Shown: positions 10,416 to 19,991 of the stretch, in pieces
How positions within the stretch are numbered: position 1 is the stretch's first letter
How the letters are laid out: each line of letters opens with the position of its first letter
Source of the DNA: an uncultured Gemmatimonadales bacterium
Lineage (GTDB): Bacteria; Gemmatimonadota; Gemmatimonadetes; Longimicrobiales; RSA9
Direction of reading: 5' to 3'
DNA: 64,000 bases
Assembly: GCA_963798085.1 (NCBI GenBank)
Contig: CAWCRS010000003.1
Span: 320,001-384,000 of the forward strand
Made by a program: the position numbers and the translations under genes
Notes under the pieces: model-generated
Seen by the model: the letters and a program-made list of their open reading frames with translations, nothing else
Told to the model about the DNA's origin: nothing
The model's database searches: none

Positions 10416-10845
10416 TGCTTCCTCCTGTTGTGAGTAGAGCCTCCTGTGGACGTGTTGTAATGCCGGGCATTCCCCGGGGATGGGACTCAGGCCCCCCCGT
10501 GGTCGAAAATGACCATTGCACCGCCGGCACGTCCCCCTGTGGACGTCACCTGCGGTCCCGGCACCGCGCGAAGAAAAACCAAGAGCCGGGTCCGATGGGA
10601 CTCGGATCCGCGCGGGCACCGCTTGTCGCTGCTTTTTGGGCTGTTACCGGAGAAACACGACTTTCCTGGCTGCGGAAACTGCGTCGTGGCCCCGTCTGTC
10701 CCCTGCGATCAACGGATCAGGTATGCGATCCGTGTTTTGTTCGAGTAGCGGCAATATGGGGAGAAAGGACGCGTTGGGCAAGCGGCGGTGGTTGCAGGCT
10801 GGCCAATTGGGTGCTTTGGGCCCGGGCGCCACGGCCGGGCCGGCG

Positions 10846-11000
10846 AACGACCTCATCACACAGAGGCCTCAGGGGCCACAGAGGAACGACATCATCACAC
10901 GGAGGCTGACGAGAGGTTCAGGGGTCATAGAGGAACGACATCATCACACTGGGGCCTCAGGGCATCAGAGAACGGCGTCATCACACAGGGGGCAGCAGGG
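10846..11000. repeat. Four degenerate direct repeats AACGACATCATCACAC...AGAGG
   Basis: Cores at 10846, 10885, 10934 and 10971 (periods 39, 49, 37). Confidence 0.75.
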
Positions 11001-11040
11001 GAACGGAATCTGGCGGTCGTGCACGGGCGGGAAAGCGCGC

Positions 11041-11070
11041 AGGGGCGCGGCGATCACTCGCCGCGCCCCT
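11041..11070 (-). terminator. Perfect 13-bp hairpin downstream of susD copy 2
   Basis: AGGGGCGCGGCGA-TCAC-TCGCCGCGCCCCT, ~30 bp past the stop; weak U-tract. Confidence 0.6.
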
Positions 11071-11098
11071 CTAACTGCTTGTTATGCGATCCCCGCGA

Positions 11099-12466
11099 TC
11101 AGGACGTACGCTTGATGTTGGGGTTGCCGACGTACTCGGTGCTGGGCAGCGGGAAGCACGTGGCGGTGCCGTAGGGGCCCCACTCGGGGTTCGGGTGAAT
11201 GCCCGTCGGGAAGAAGTCGCCACCCCCTTCGGCTGCCGTCTGCGTCATCCAGCGGCGCAGGTCGCCGAGGCGATTGCCACCCAGGTAGGTGTCACGCGCG
11301 CGCTGCTCGTGCAGCTCGAGCATGAGGTCACGGCCGGACAGATTCACGGCTGTCTGGTTGCCGTAGGCCCGCCGCGAATTGACGAAGTCGAGCGTGGTGC
11401 CCAGCGGGCCGGTGCCGCTCGGACCGGCGGCCTCGTAGTAGTCGTGCATCGCTTCGAGATACGAGGCGAGCTTGATGTCCGTGTCGTTGGCGTACAGGAT
11501 CGGCTTGCCACCGGTCGCCTGCGTCTGCGCATTGTAGCCGCTGTAGGGCAGCGACTGGTAGGGCTTGTACAGCTTGGTAAGCGCGTTGTGACCGAAGCTC
11601 CAGCTGGTGGTGTGCTGGATGCGGGGATCCGTCTGCGTTGCCACCAGGTTCTGCGTGCCGAACGTGCCGTTCAGGAACTTGGGTGACACGCCAATGTTGT
11701 GGTTGGCGCCCGTGACGTCGCCGGCGAGTGGATCGTTGACGATCTGGTCCTTGTACTCGACCCACCAGACGAAGTTGGCGGGCACCTGCTGCGCCGCGGA
11801 CATCACCTTCGCCTTGTCGCCGGCGAGCAGCGCGGCGCGGGCCAGACCGGCGCGCGCCAGGTTGGCAACGTCAGTGGCCGTCGAGCCCACCGCATTGGCG
11901 ATCGTGATGGCTTCCTCGAACCTCGGAATCGCCAGCTGCGCGAGTTCCTTGGGCGAGTAGATCTTGGCACCCACGTTAATGGTGGCCTCGCACATGGTTT
12001 CTGCCATCAACGTGTACGAGTAGCCGGCGTGGGCGAGGATCAACGCCATGCGCCGGTCCTTGCTGGGATCGCTGAGCAGCGTCCGGAAGCGCCCAGGGAT
12101 GCTGTCCGCGAGGAAACGGTACCGACTGACATCGCGGAACATGATGTCGGCATCGCCTTCATTGTACTGCACGATGCGCAGGTTGAGGCGGGCCGTCTGC
12201 TCCCAGTTGATGCCCGTGATCTCCTCATCCGTGAACATCTCGCCGCGCCAGATCAGATCGTCGGCGTAGTAGTTGGTAAGCGCGCCAATCACGCTGTTCA
12301 CCATGATGTTGACCAGCGTCGCGTCGTTCAGCTGGGTCTCATCAATGGCGGCCGGGTTATCGGCCGCCAGCAGCTTGTCGACGGTGCTGCAGCCCGCGAA
12401 CGCCAGGGCCGCGCACGCGGCCAGTACAGCGGCGCCGCGGCGAAATGCGTTGGTTCGAGTCTGCAT
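11099..12466 (-). CDS. RagB/SusD-family lipoprotein (copy 2)
   Basis: Lipobox LAFAGC; highly similar to copy 1 throughout. Confidence 0.92.
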   Translation of the reverse strand: MQTRTNAFRRGAAVLAACAALAFAGCSTVDKLLAADNPAAIDETQLNDATLVNIMVNSVIGALTNYYADDLIWRGEMFTDEEITGINWEQTARLNLRIVQYNEGDADIMFRDVSRYRFLADSIPGRFRTLLSDPSKDRRMALILAHAGYSYTLMAETMCEATINVGAKIYSPKELAQLAIPRFEEAITIANAVGSTATDVANLARAGLARAALLAGDKAKVMSAAQQVPANFVWWVEYKDQIVNDPLAGDVTGANHNIGVSPKFLNGTFGTQNLVATQTDPRIQHTTSWSFGHNALTKLYKPYQSLPYSGYNAQTQATGGKPILYANDTDIKLASYLEAMHDYYEAAGPSGTGPLGTTLDFVNSRRAYGNQTAVNLSGRDLMLELHEQRARDTYLGGNRLGDLRRWMTQTAAEGGGDFFPTGIHPNPEWGPYGTATCFPLPSTEYVGNPNIKRTS

Positions 12467-12500
12467 ACAGGTCCCTTTCTCCTTGTCGTTCGCCGTAGCG

Positions 12501-15500
12501 CTAGAAGTTGAAGGCCATGGAAATGAGCCAGCGCCGCAGCTGCGGGATGGACGCGTAGTCCAATGTCGTGAAGTCAGCCGTGCTGGTGAACGCCACTTCC
12601 GGATCCGCGCTGCCCTTGTACTTGGTGGACAGCCAGAGATTGCGACCCGAGACCGTGATCGCGGCGCGGCTGAAGCCGTAGCGCGAGGTCCAGCGCCTGG
12701 GCAGCGTATACGTGGCGGAAAGCTCACGCAGCTTGAGGAAATCCGCGGGCATAATGAACGTCTTGGTCTGCAGCGAGAGCAGCACCGCCTTCTGGACCGG
12801 GTCCAGGTTGGGGTCGTTGATCTGCTGCGTGTTCTGGTCGATGCGCGTGCGCACGGAGCATAGCGCGCACCACTGGTATTGGCCGCCCTGGTAGTCGAGG
12901 AAGGCATAGAGACGGAGGGCGCCCAGGAGATTCAGCGTGTTGGTCAGCCCCACCTGACGCGTGGGCAGCATGGGCCCGACGTAGGTCTCCCCGCAGTTCT
13001 CCGGGTGCTGCACGTCCCAGATGCAGGTGACTGTGGTAGCTGCTCCGTTGGCATTCAGGATCGGATTGCCGCTGGCATCGCGCTGCACGTCCGTGGCCCA
13101 GTAGCCACCCAGCGGATAGCCCTCGCGGTGACGCTGCACGCTCGCGAACTCGCCGAACGTGAGCTCGTTGAGCGTGGGATTCCCCTGCGCGTCCGTGCCG
13201 AAGCTGACCAGCTTGTTGTGGTTCGAGGCGAACGTGGCGATCACGTCCCACTGCAGGTTCGGCTTGCGCACCGGTGAAGCGTCCACGGACAGCTCGACGC
13301 CGTGGTTGTTGATCTCGCCGACGTTGATGAGGTGCGTGCCGCTGAAGCCGGAGGAGCGCGGGTCGGAAACAGGGATCAGCGCGTCTTTCGTCGACTTGTT
13401 GTAGTAGGTGAACTCAGTGCTGACGCGCCCCCCGAAGAGTGAAGCGTCATAGCCCAGCTCGATCTCCTGGCCGGTCTCCGCCTTCAGGTTGGGGTTGCCA
13501 TAGGCGGACGGCCGAACCGTGTTGACAGCCGCATCACCCACTACGGAGCGATCGGACGTGTAGGTGCGGTCCGCGGAGAACGGCGCCGGTGCGTTGCCGG
13601 CCTGGCCCCACGCGCCGCGCAGCTTCAGCTCGTTGATCCAGGGTACGTGGAAGAAGCTCTCCTCCGAGATCACGTAGCTGAGTGAGGCCTTCGGGTAGAC
13701 CACCAGCGAGAAGTCCTTGCCGAACGCGGAGTTGTCATCCACGCGCACGGCCGCCGTGCCGAACAGGCGGTCCTTGAAGCCCACCTGCTCCTGCACGTAG
13801 AAGCCCAGCGACGTCTGCTCCGAGAAGCTCTGGCTGGAGGAGCGGGTCGCCGCGGCGCTGACCAGGTTCAGGCTGTTGGACACCAGACCCTGGCCGGAGA
13901 TGCCCACGTTCGACGACCGGCGCTTGTTCAGCTGCATGCCGGTGGAGAAGGTGGACGTGTAGTTCTGTGACAGGTTTGCCGTGACCGTGCCCGAGTAGTC
14001 GACCGTCCACAGGTACTGCAGCGGATAGTCGATGGACACTGTGCCGGTGGCGGCATTGGCGCCGAAGGGCGCGAGGCCGGTCTGATCGATCTGGTTGAAT
14101 GTGCGATTGCTGCGATCGTTCCGGTCGAGCCCGACCACCAGCCGGTTCTGGAACCAGCGCCACGGGTTGTAATTCGTTGTTATGCCGAGCGTGAGCCGCT
14201 CCGCCTTCACGTCGCGGTCGTACTTGTTGCTCAGCTCGGGAATGAAGTTGCGGTAACCGGGCAGGAACTGGTCGTTGGCGGCGCCGGCACGCGCGCGGAA
14301 GGAGTTCCGCAGGATGCTGTTGGACGAGTTGTCGGACTGCGGAATGCGCTGGTCCAGCAGCGCGTAGCCCACGTTCACCGCGAAGTTCAGCTGCTGCGAC
14401 GGCACGAACCCGAAATTGGCCCGTCCCGCCGTGCGCCGGTTGATGTTGTTGTAGAAAGTGCCCTGCTCATCCGACTTCTCGCCCGACATGTAGAAGTTGT
14501 AGCTCTGGCCGCCGCCGCGCACCGACATGTTGCCGTTCCACAGGTCGCCGACGCGGATCGGATTGGGCTGACAGGGCGTCTGCTGAGGGAACAGGCAGGC
14601 GAAGTGGTCCGTGGGCAGCCCCTTGTCCTGCAGCTGTTTGTACACGCCCGGCGAGCGGTTGCCCATGTCGAACGGGTGATCGACGAGAATCCGCTTGTCC
14701 AGCGGGTCGCTCTTGCTGAACACCTGACAGCCCGGATACGTCACGGCGTTGTCGATGTTGGAGTCGGTGCAGAGCCAGTAGGTGGTGGGCTGATCGAGGT
14801 TCCAGTCCACCTGGCCGTACTCCATGTTCGCCGTCCACTGCAGGCCCTCGGCCGGGCGACCCTTCTTGGTAATGATCTGGAGCACACCGGCCGCCGCTTC
14901 GGCGCCGTACAACGTTGCGGCCGCAGGGCCTTTGATCACCTCGATCGACTCAATGTCGGCCGGGTTGATCGATTCGAGCATGCTGATGCCCTGCGCGGTG
15001 TTGCCTTCAGTTGACTGCGTGCCGGACTGAATGCGGATCCCGTCGACGTAGACGACCGGGTCATTGCCCGCATTGATCGAACCGGCGCCGCGAATGCGGA
15101 TGCGTGAGCTGCCACCCACCACGCCCGTGGACGCGAGCAGCGTCACGCCCGGTGTGCGGCCCTGGATCAGCTGCTGCACGTTGTCGATGGGCGCGACTTG
15201 GGTAATGGTCGCGGCCTTGATCGAACCGACGGAGTTGCCGACTGCGCGCTTGGCCGTACGGCCCGCGGTTCCGGTAACCACGATTTCGTCCAGGCCGATC
15301 GCGGACTGCTGCAGCTGGAAGTTGGCGGTTGCGGTCTGCCCGCCCGCTACGGTTACAGCCTGCTCAATGGTCTTGAAGCCAATGGATTCCACGCGAATGG
15401 TAGCAGGGCCCGCCGGGACGCCTGCAATGGTGTAGTTGCCGGAGGCATCGGTGAGTGAGCCGTGCGTTGTCCCCTTGATCGAGACCTGAGCGCCGACCAT

Positions 15501-15668
15501 CGGCTTCCCCGTGCCGGTTTCCGTAACGCTGCCGTGCACGGTACCTGTCGCCTGCGCGGCCGCGGAGCGCGGTGCGGTGAACAGCAGCGACAGCAGGCCT
15601 GCGGCCGCGAATGCGGCCCGGAGCCGGACGGCGCGCGCGCCCGCTCTTCCTGGGAGAGCTTGCGGCAT
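12501..15668 (-). CDS. SusC/RagA-family TonB-dependent transporter (copy 2)
   Basis: Same motifs as copy 1; AAGGAGGT RBS upstream of MPQALPG. Confidence 0.95.
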   Translation of the reverse strand: MPQALPGRAGARAVRLRAAFAAAGLLSLLFTAPRSAAAQATGTVHGSVTETGTGKPMVGAQVSIKGTTHGSLTDASGNYTIAGVPAGPATIRVESIGFKTIEQAVTVAGGQTATANFQLQQSAIGLDEIVVTGTAGRTAKRAVGNSVGSIKAATITQVAPIDNVQQLIQGRTPGVTLLASTGVVGGSSRIRIRGAGSINAGNDPVVYVDGIRIQSGTQSTEGNTAQGISMLESINPADIESIEVIKGPAAATLYGAEAAAGVLQIITKKGRPAEGLQWTANMEYGQVDWNLDQPTTYWLCTDSNIDNAVTYPGCQVFSKSDPLDKRILVDHPFDMGNRSPGVYKQLQDKGLPTDHFACLFPQQTPCQPNPIRVGDLWNGNMSVRGGGQSYNFYMSGEKSDEQGTFYNNINRRTAGRANFGFVPSQQLNFAVNVGYALLDQRIPQSDNSSNSILRNSFRARAGAANDQFLPGYRNFIPELSNKYDRDVKAERLTLGITTNYNPWRWFQNRLVVGLDRNDRSNRTFNQIDQTGLAPFGANAATGTVSIDYPLQYLWTVDYSGTVTANLSQNYTSTFSTGMQLNKRRSSNVGISGQGLVSNSLNLVSAAATRSSSQSFSEQTSLGFYVQEQVGFKDRLFGTAAVRVDDNSAFGKDFSLVVYPKASLSYVISEESFFHVPWINELKLRGAWGQAGNAPAPFSADRTYTSDRSVVGDAAVNTVRPSAYGNPNLKAETGQEIELGYDASLFGGRVSTEFTYYNKSTKDALIPVSDPRSSGFSGTHLINVGEINNHGVELSVDASPVRKPNLQWDVIATFASNHNKLVSFGTDAQGNPTLNELTFGEFASVQRHREGYPLGGYWATDVQRDASGNPILNANGAATTVTCIWDVQHPENCGETYVGPMLPTRQVGLTNTLNLLGALRLYAFLDYQGGQYQWCALCSVRTRIDQNTQQINDPNLDPVQKAVLLSLQTKTFIMPADFLKLRELSATYTLPRRWTSRYGFSRAAITVSGRNLWLSTKYKGSADPEVAFTSTADFTTLDYASIPQLRRWLISMAFNF

Positions 15669-15730
15669 ACTTCCCACCTCCTTGGACAAGGTTTGCTGAA
15701 AAACCCGAAACGACTCCCGCATTCGCGTGC

Positions 15731-15748
15731 GTATGCGCATGCGCATAC
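15731..15748. promoter_or_regulatory. Perfect 18-bp palindrome, candidate operator upstream of susC copy 2
   Basis: GTATGCGCATGCGCATAC, ~60 bp upstream of the start codon. Confidence 0.35.
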
Positions 15749-16477
15749 AGGGATACCGCTGCCCCGATTCAGACGTAGGCCGAATCGGTCCTGCAGACTG
15801 AAAAAGACAGGCTGACCGCACCGGAAAATGACCTGTCCGGCCGGCCCTGATGACCCGGTATTCTTGACTATCGATATGTGCGCAACTTGTCGGGAACGCG
15901 CGAACGACCCCGAATGAGACAGCACAGCCATTTGTCATTCGAGTGTCACTTCCTGACAGGCGTTGCTTGGTCTGATTGCTGGGGCTGGTTGCTCGGGAAT
16001 GGCGGGCTGGGGCTCAGGGCTCGGGCTGGGGCTCGTCGCTCGGGCTGGGCTCGGGGCTGGGGCTACGGGTTTAGCCTCTGGTTCCGGGGGGCTGGGCTCG
16101 GGCTGGGGCCAGGGTTCGGAAATAGTGAGATCGCGTGCCTTCATGGACGGCTGTGCCTCTGGTGACCGCGGGGCAGCGCGCTGGGCTCGCCGAAGCCTCG
16201 CGTGGCACCGCGCGCGGGCGCGGCGCGCGTGCGATATCGGTTGAACCTGTGAACCTGCATGGGGCCGGGCATCGGGATGCACCGCGGGGTCGGACGCAGG
16301 GAACGGAGGAGGTTCATGTCAGGCCCGCAATGGCTCCGGCGTTGCTATATTCGTGTGTGCGCCCGCAAGCGGCGCATGCACGGCCAGGGTTCGGTCCAAC
16401 CATTCCCCCCGGATCGAACAGAACCCTTTCGACACCCGACCGCAGTGCTGGCATCGGGGCCGGATCGGCTGAGTGCT

Positions 16478-17761
16478 ATGACAGACGAGCACCGCACCCG
16501 AAAAAGCGGAGCGCGCCGCTGCCCGGAAGCGAGCCGGCCCGGATGGCTGCGTGTCGCCTGTGCGTCCGTCCTGCTGACGACGATGCTGATCGTGCCCGGG
16601 CAGGCACGCGCGCAGAGTGGCTCGTTGCGGGGTCTGGTCGTGGATTCGTCGACGCGCGCGCCGGTGGTGGGCGCATCCATTCTGATCGGCGGCACCTCGC
16701 GCACGGTCCTTACCAATGATCACGGCGTGTTCTCGTTCCAGGACGTGCCTGCTGGCAGCTATGTGCTCGGCGTCAGCCACATTGCGTACGGCGATCGCAA
16801 GACGCGCGTCGAGGTGGTGGCGGGACAGGAAGTGGCCATCCGGTTGGCGCTCTCGCCCAGCGCCATTCACCTGGAGCCGCTGAACGTCGTCGTGCCGGAT
16901 GCACCCACGCCCGGCCGGGCCCAGGGCACGCGACAGAATGTGGTTACGCGGGATGAGATCGAGAGCAGCCTGTCCAAGGGCCTGGGTGTAGGCGACGTGC
17001 TGCAGCAGCGCGTGCCGGGTGTGCACGTGCGGCGCCAGGAGAAGATCGTAGGCGGGGATATCTGCATCGAGCTGCGCAGCATCCGCGCGACCGAGGACCG
17101 GGCCTGCCATTCACCTGCAGTCTTTCTCAATGGCGTACCCATCAACAACCCCACCACGCTGTACAGCACGCTGAGTCTGGAGATGATCGAGAGCATGGAG
17201 GTGGTACAGGCCTCCGAAGCGGGCGTGCGTTACGGCACCGGTGCGATGTACGGGGCGCTTCTGATCGAGACGCGGAGACCGGGCGCGGCGCGGACGTTAC
17301 CGACGCGTGGACTACGGCCGTTCGACTGGACGCTCGATCCGCGGCCGCATCCGTTCAGCCGTGCTTTCGCCTATTCGCTGGTGGGCAGCGCGGCGGGGCT
17401 GGCGCTGGGCGTGACCGCGGCCAACCAGTGCATTGCGCTGCGCAGTCCGGCGAAGGACAGCATCATCACGAAATGCGACACCTGGCCCACCGTCGGCTCG
17501 GCCGTGGCGGCCATGGTGCTGCCAGCCCTTGGCGGTGCGTTCGGTGCGAGCCTGGGCGGCAAGACCCATCTGTCGAAGGGGATGGTGATCCCGGCCGCCG
17601 TGGGCGCCACCATGGCGCTAATGCCCGGTTATGCCCTCGCCATCAGCAGCGAGCGGCAGAACTCCAACGCGCTGGGCGCCATCGCCGGCGGGCTGCTTAC
17701 CCTGGGCGTACCTCTGGCCGCCTCGCTCAGCGACCGGCTCTACCGCTCACTCCGCCATTAG
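16478..17761 (+). CDS. Carboxypeptidase-regulatory-like domain + TonB-plug-like domain + C-terminal hydrophobic helices (no barrel)
   Basis: Signal peptide (ARA-Q); SGSLRGLVVDS; plug-like IESMEVVQASEAGVRYGTGAMYGALLIETRR; about four Gly/Ala-rich hydrophobic segments at the C-terminus. Confidence 0.75.
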   Translation: MTDEHRTRKSGARRCPEASRPGWLRVACASVLLTTMLIVPGQARAQSGSLRGLVVDSSTRAPVVGASILIGGTSRTVLTNDHGVFSFQDVPAGSYVLGVSHIAYGDRKTRVEVVAGQEVAIRLALSPSAIHLEPLNVVVPDAPTPGRAQGTRQNVVTRDEIESSLSKGLGVGDVLQQRVPGVHVRRQEKIVGGDICIELRSIRATEDRACHSPAVFLNGVPINNPTTLYSTLSLEMIESMEVVQASEAGVRYGTGAMYGALLIETRRPGAARTLPTRGLRPFDWTLDPRPHPFSRAFAYSLVGSAAGLALGVTAANQCIALRSPAKDSIITKCDTWPTVGSAVAAMVLPALGGAFGASLGGKTHLSKGMVIPAAVGATMALMPGYALAISSERQNSNALGAIAGGLLTLGVPLAASLSDRLYRSLRH

Positions 17762-17804
17762 GCCTCCGCGCGCTCACCGCGGAGGAAGCGGAGGGGTGCG
17801 GTAG

Positions 17805-17946
17805 CGGACCGTCTTGGCGTTCTTTCCTTCCGCCACGCCCGCCCATACCTGCGTCCCATACCGAAATCGACTGACCACTTCTCATGCTGCGGCGGGTCAC
17901 GCCGATTCGGACGGCGGCCGGAATGCAAGAATGCCAGGACGGTCCG
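17805..17946 (+). repeat. 142-bp inverted-end element (copy A)
   Basis: CGGACCGTCTTGGCGTTCTT...AAGAATGCCAGGACGGTCCG; ATCGACTGACC at 17866. Confidence 0.85.
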
Positions 17947-18162
17947 ATAACAGATGGGATCAGGGACAAGTGCAGGACGATGGGGTCGGGCAGGGGGCGG
18001 GTTGGTGGGTGACGGAGGTGTTGATGTGGAGCACGGCGGGTGGCGGGAAGTCAGCTCCGCGTTTCGTGGTAACAGGGTGCCAGCGCTTCCAGCCTGCGTA
18101 CTCAGAATCCGTTGACAAGTATTCTGTCAGAAATCCCCTGACCTGCATGCGACCCGTCTGAA

Positions 18163-19170
18163 TTACGCCACGCCCTCCGCGTGCTCTTGCGGTGAGAGCC
18201 GTGTGAGAACGGCCCAGCCGAGGAGCGGGATCATGATTTCGTGGTGGCCGGTGAGCTGGTAGCCGGTGCCGCCGCCGGTGCGGGTGGGGCGCTCCACGAC
18301 GTTCACGCGGGGCCGGTACTGGCGTATCATGTCGAAGTCGGCGGCCGTGAAGCGGCGGGGGGTGCCGTGGTGGATGTTACGGCAGACAGTAAGCGCCTTG
18401 AGGAAGACTTCGGGCATGATAACAGCGGAGCCGAAGTTGAGCACCACGCCTTCCTCGACGCGTTCGAGGTGCGCGGCCAGGCGGCGGAAGTCGGTGAGGC
18501 TGGTCTGGCCGATGGCGGCGCCGTCGGCGGCGGGGTGCTGGTGCGTGATTTCCGCGCCAATGGCGGCGTGCACGGTGAAGCCGATGCCGAGGCGGCGTGC
18601 GGCCAGCAGCAGTGACAGCTCCGGCTGCCGCAGGTCCGGGCGGGCGGCGAGGGCTTCGGCAAGCGATTCTCCGAGGCCGTTGCCCTGCTTGGCGCCGTGC
18701 GTGATGGCCTGGTTGATCTCCTGGCCGGTTTCCTCGGCCATGCCGAAGCTGCCATCGGCGAGGCCGGCTTCCACGTCTTCACTGGTCCCTCCCCAGCGGG
18801 CCATTTCGTAGTCATGAATGACGGCGCTGCCGTTGCTGGCGAGGTGTGTGATAACACCCTGTTCCATGAGGCGGATCAGGATGGGCGACAGGCCGGTCTT
18901 GACGACGTGGCCACCCAGCATGCAGAGCACGCCGCGGCGCTGTCTCGCGGCGGCAGCAAGAGCGTCGACCACGGCGAGGAAGCTGCGGGCCTCGAGGATA
19001 TCGGGCAGCGCGTCGATGAATGCGGTAAAGCTGCGGTCCTCGCCGGGGGGATGCGCGAACTGGCTGGCGTCGACCTTGTTGGGGCGGGCGCTGACGGGAA
19101 CCGTGCGGATGCGCGACGCGTCGATCTCCGGCACATCGCTCGGGGAGCGCTGCCGGGGCGCGTCGCTCAC
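18163..19170 (-). CDS. Deoxyhypusine-synthase-like conserved protein (GSU2086-like)
   Basis: GGHVVKTG, NGSAVIHDYE, GSFGMAEETG, GSAVIMPEVFLKAL, GHHEIMIPLL. Confidence 0.65.
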   Translation of the reverse strand: MSDAPRQRSPSDVPEIDASRIRTVPVSARPNKVDASQFAHPPGEDRSFTAFIDALPDILEARSFLAVVDALAAAARQRRGVLCMLGGHVVKTGLSPILIRLMEQGVITHLASNGSAVIHDYEMARWGGTSEDVEAGLADGSFGMAEETGQEINQAITHGAKQGNGLGESLAEALAARPDLRQPELSLLLAARRLGIGFTVHAAIGAEITHQHPAADGAAIGQTSLTDFRRLAAHLERVEEGVVLNFGSAVIMPEVFLKALTVCRNIHHGTPRRFTAADFDMIRQYRPRVNVVERPTRTGGGTGYQLTGHHEIMIPLLGWAVLTRLSPQEHAEGVA

Positions 19171-19991
19171 CGCGTGGCTCCGCTGCCGCCGGAGGGCGTG
19201 CCGGTCACCAGCTGCGCGCCGGGCGTGTAGTTCAGCAGATAGAACTTCGCCGTGGCGATGGAGAGCTTGACGCGCAGGTAGACGATGAGTCGTCGCTCAT
19301 CATCACTGAAGTGCACCTCGGCCTCGCCGCCCTCGGCAAACAGCGCGTTACGGGTCCTGATGATGGGCTGCACCACGATGGTGGGGTACACCTGCTTGCC
19401 GATCTTCAGCGTGTCCTTGCGCAGCACCTTGATGATGACCGGATTGCCGTCGGCCTTGAAGTAGCGGTTGAAGGTGTAGCTCTGGCCGACTTCGAGCGGC
19501 AGGGTGCGCGCGAAATAGAGGAAGGACACATCGTCGAGCGGCTCGGCGGTGGGCAGCTCGCCCTTCTCGTTCTTGTTGTCCTCGCGCTGCCAGCGCATTT
19601 CCTCGGGGAAGAAGCTGGTAATGAAGTGCCGCTTGTACTTCACCTCGTGCTGATTCTGTTCGAAGCGGCGTGACACCAGGCTGGAGACGTCGAGCCAGGA
19701 CTGGAGCAGATCATCGACGCGCGCCAGCGGAATGCCGCCCTTCAGTTTGAAGCTGATGTGATAGGTGGAATGACCATCGACTGTGTCGATGGAACCCACT
19801 TCCATGCGGCCTTCGCCGACAGTGCCGAACACACCCCAGTCGACCCTGTAATTCATGACCTCGCCGGGCCCGAATGGAACCGGTGCGACCGGGAACGAAA
19901 CGGTCTTCGTGGCGGATGACTGCGCCTGAATCGGCGCCGCACTGGCGCCGACCACAGTAGCGGCCGTCAACAACCGAAAGAGCGAGGTCAT
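19167..19991 (-). CDS. DUF3108-like secreted protein
   Basis: Signal peptide; PFGPGEVMNYRV, LDDVSFLYFARTLPL, FSDDERRL; 4-bp overlaps with both neighbours. Confidence 0.75.
   Translation of the reverse strand: MTSLFRLLTAATVVGASAAPIQAQSSATKTVSFPVAPVPFGPGEVMNYRVDWGVFGTVGEGRMEVGSIDTVDGHSTYHISFKLKGGIPLARVDDLLQSWLDVSSLVSRRFEQNQHEVKYKRHFITSFFPEEMRWQREDNKNEKGELPTAEPLDDVSFLYFARTLPLEVGQSYTFNRYFKADGNPVIIKVLRKDTLKIGKQVYPTIVVQPIIRTRNALFAEGGEAEVHFSDDERRLIVYLRVKLSIATAKFYLLNYTPGAQLVTGTPSGGSGATR

Noticed and set aside
10846..11000. Possible CRISPR array
   Set aside because: Repeat is only ~16 nt and degenerate, spacers resemble each other and vary in length, and no cas genes are present.
15935..16282. Pro-rich 115-aa ORF
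   Set aside because: Arises from GGGCTC/GGGCTG low-complexity DNA also seen near 23470 and 40490; no RBS or domain evidence.
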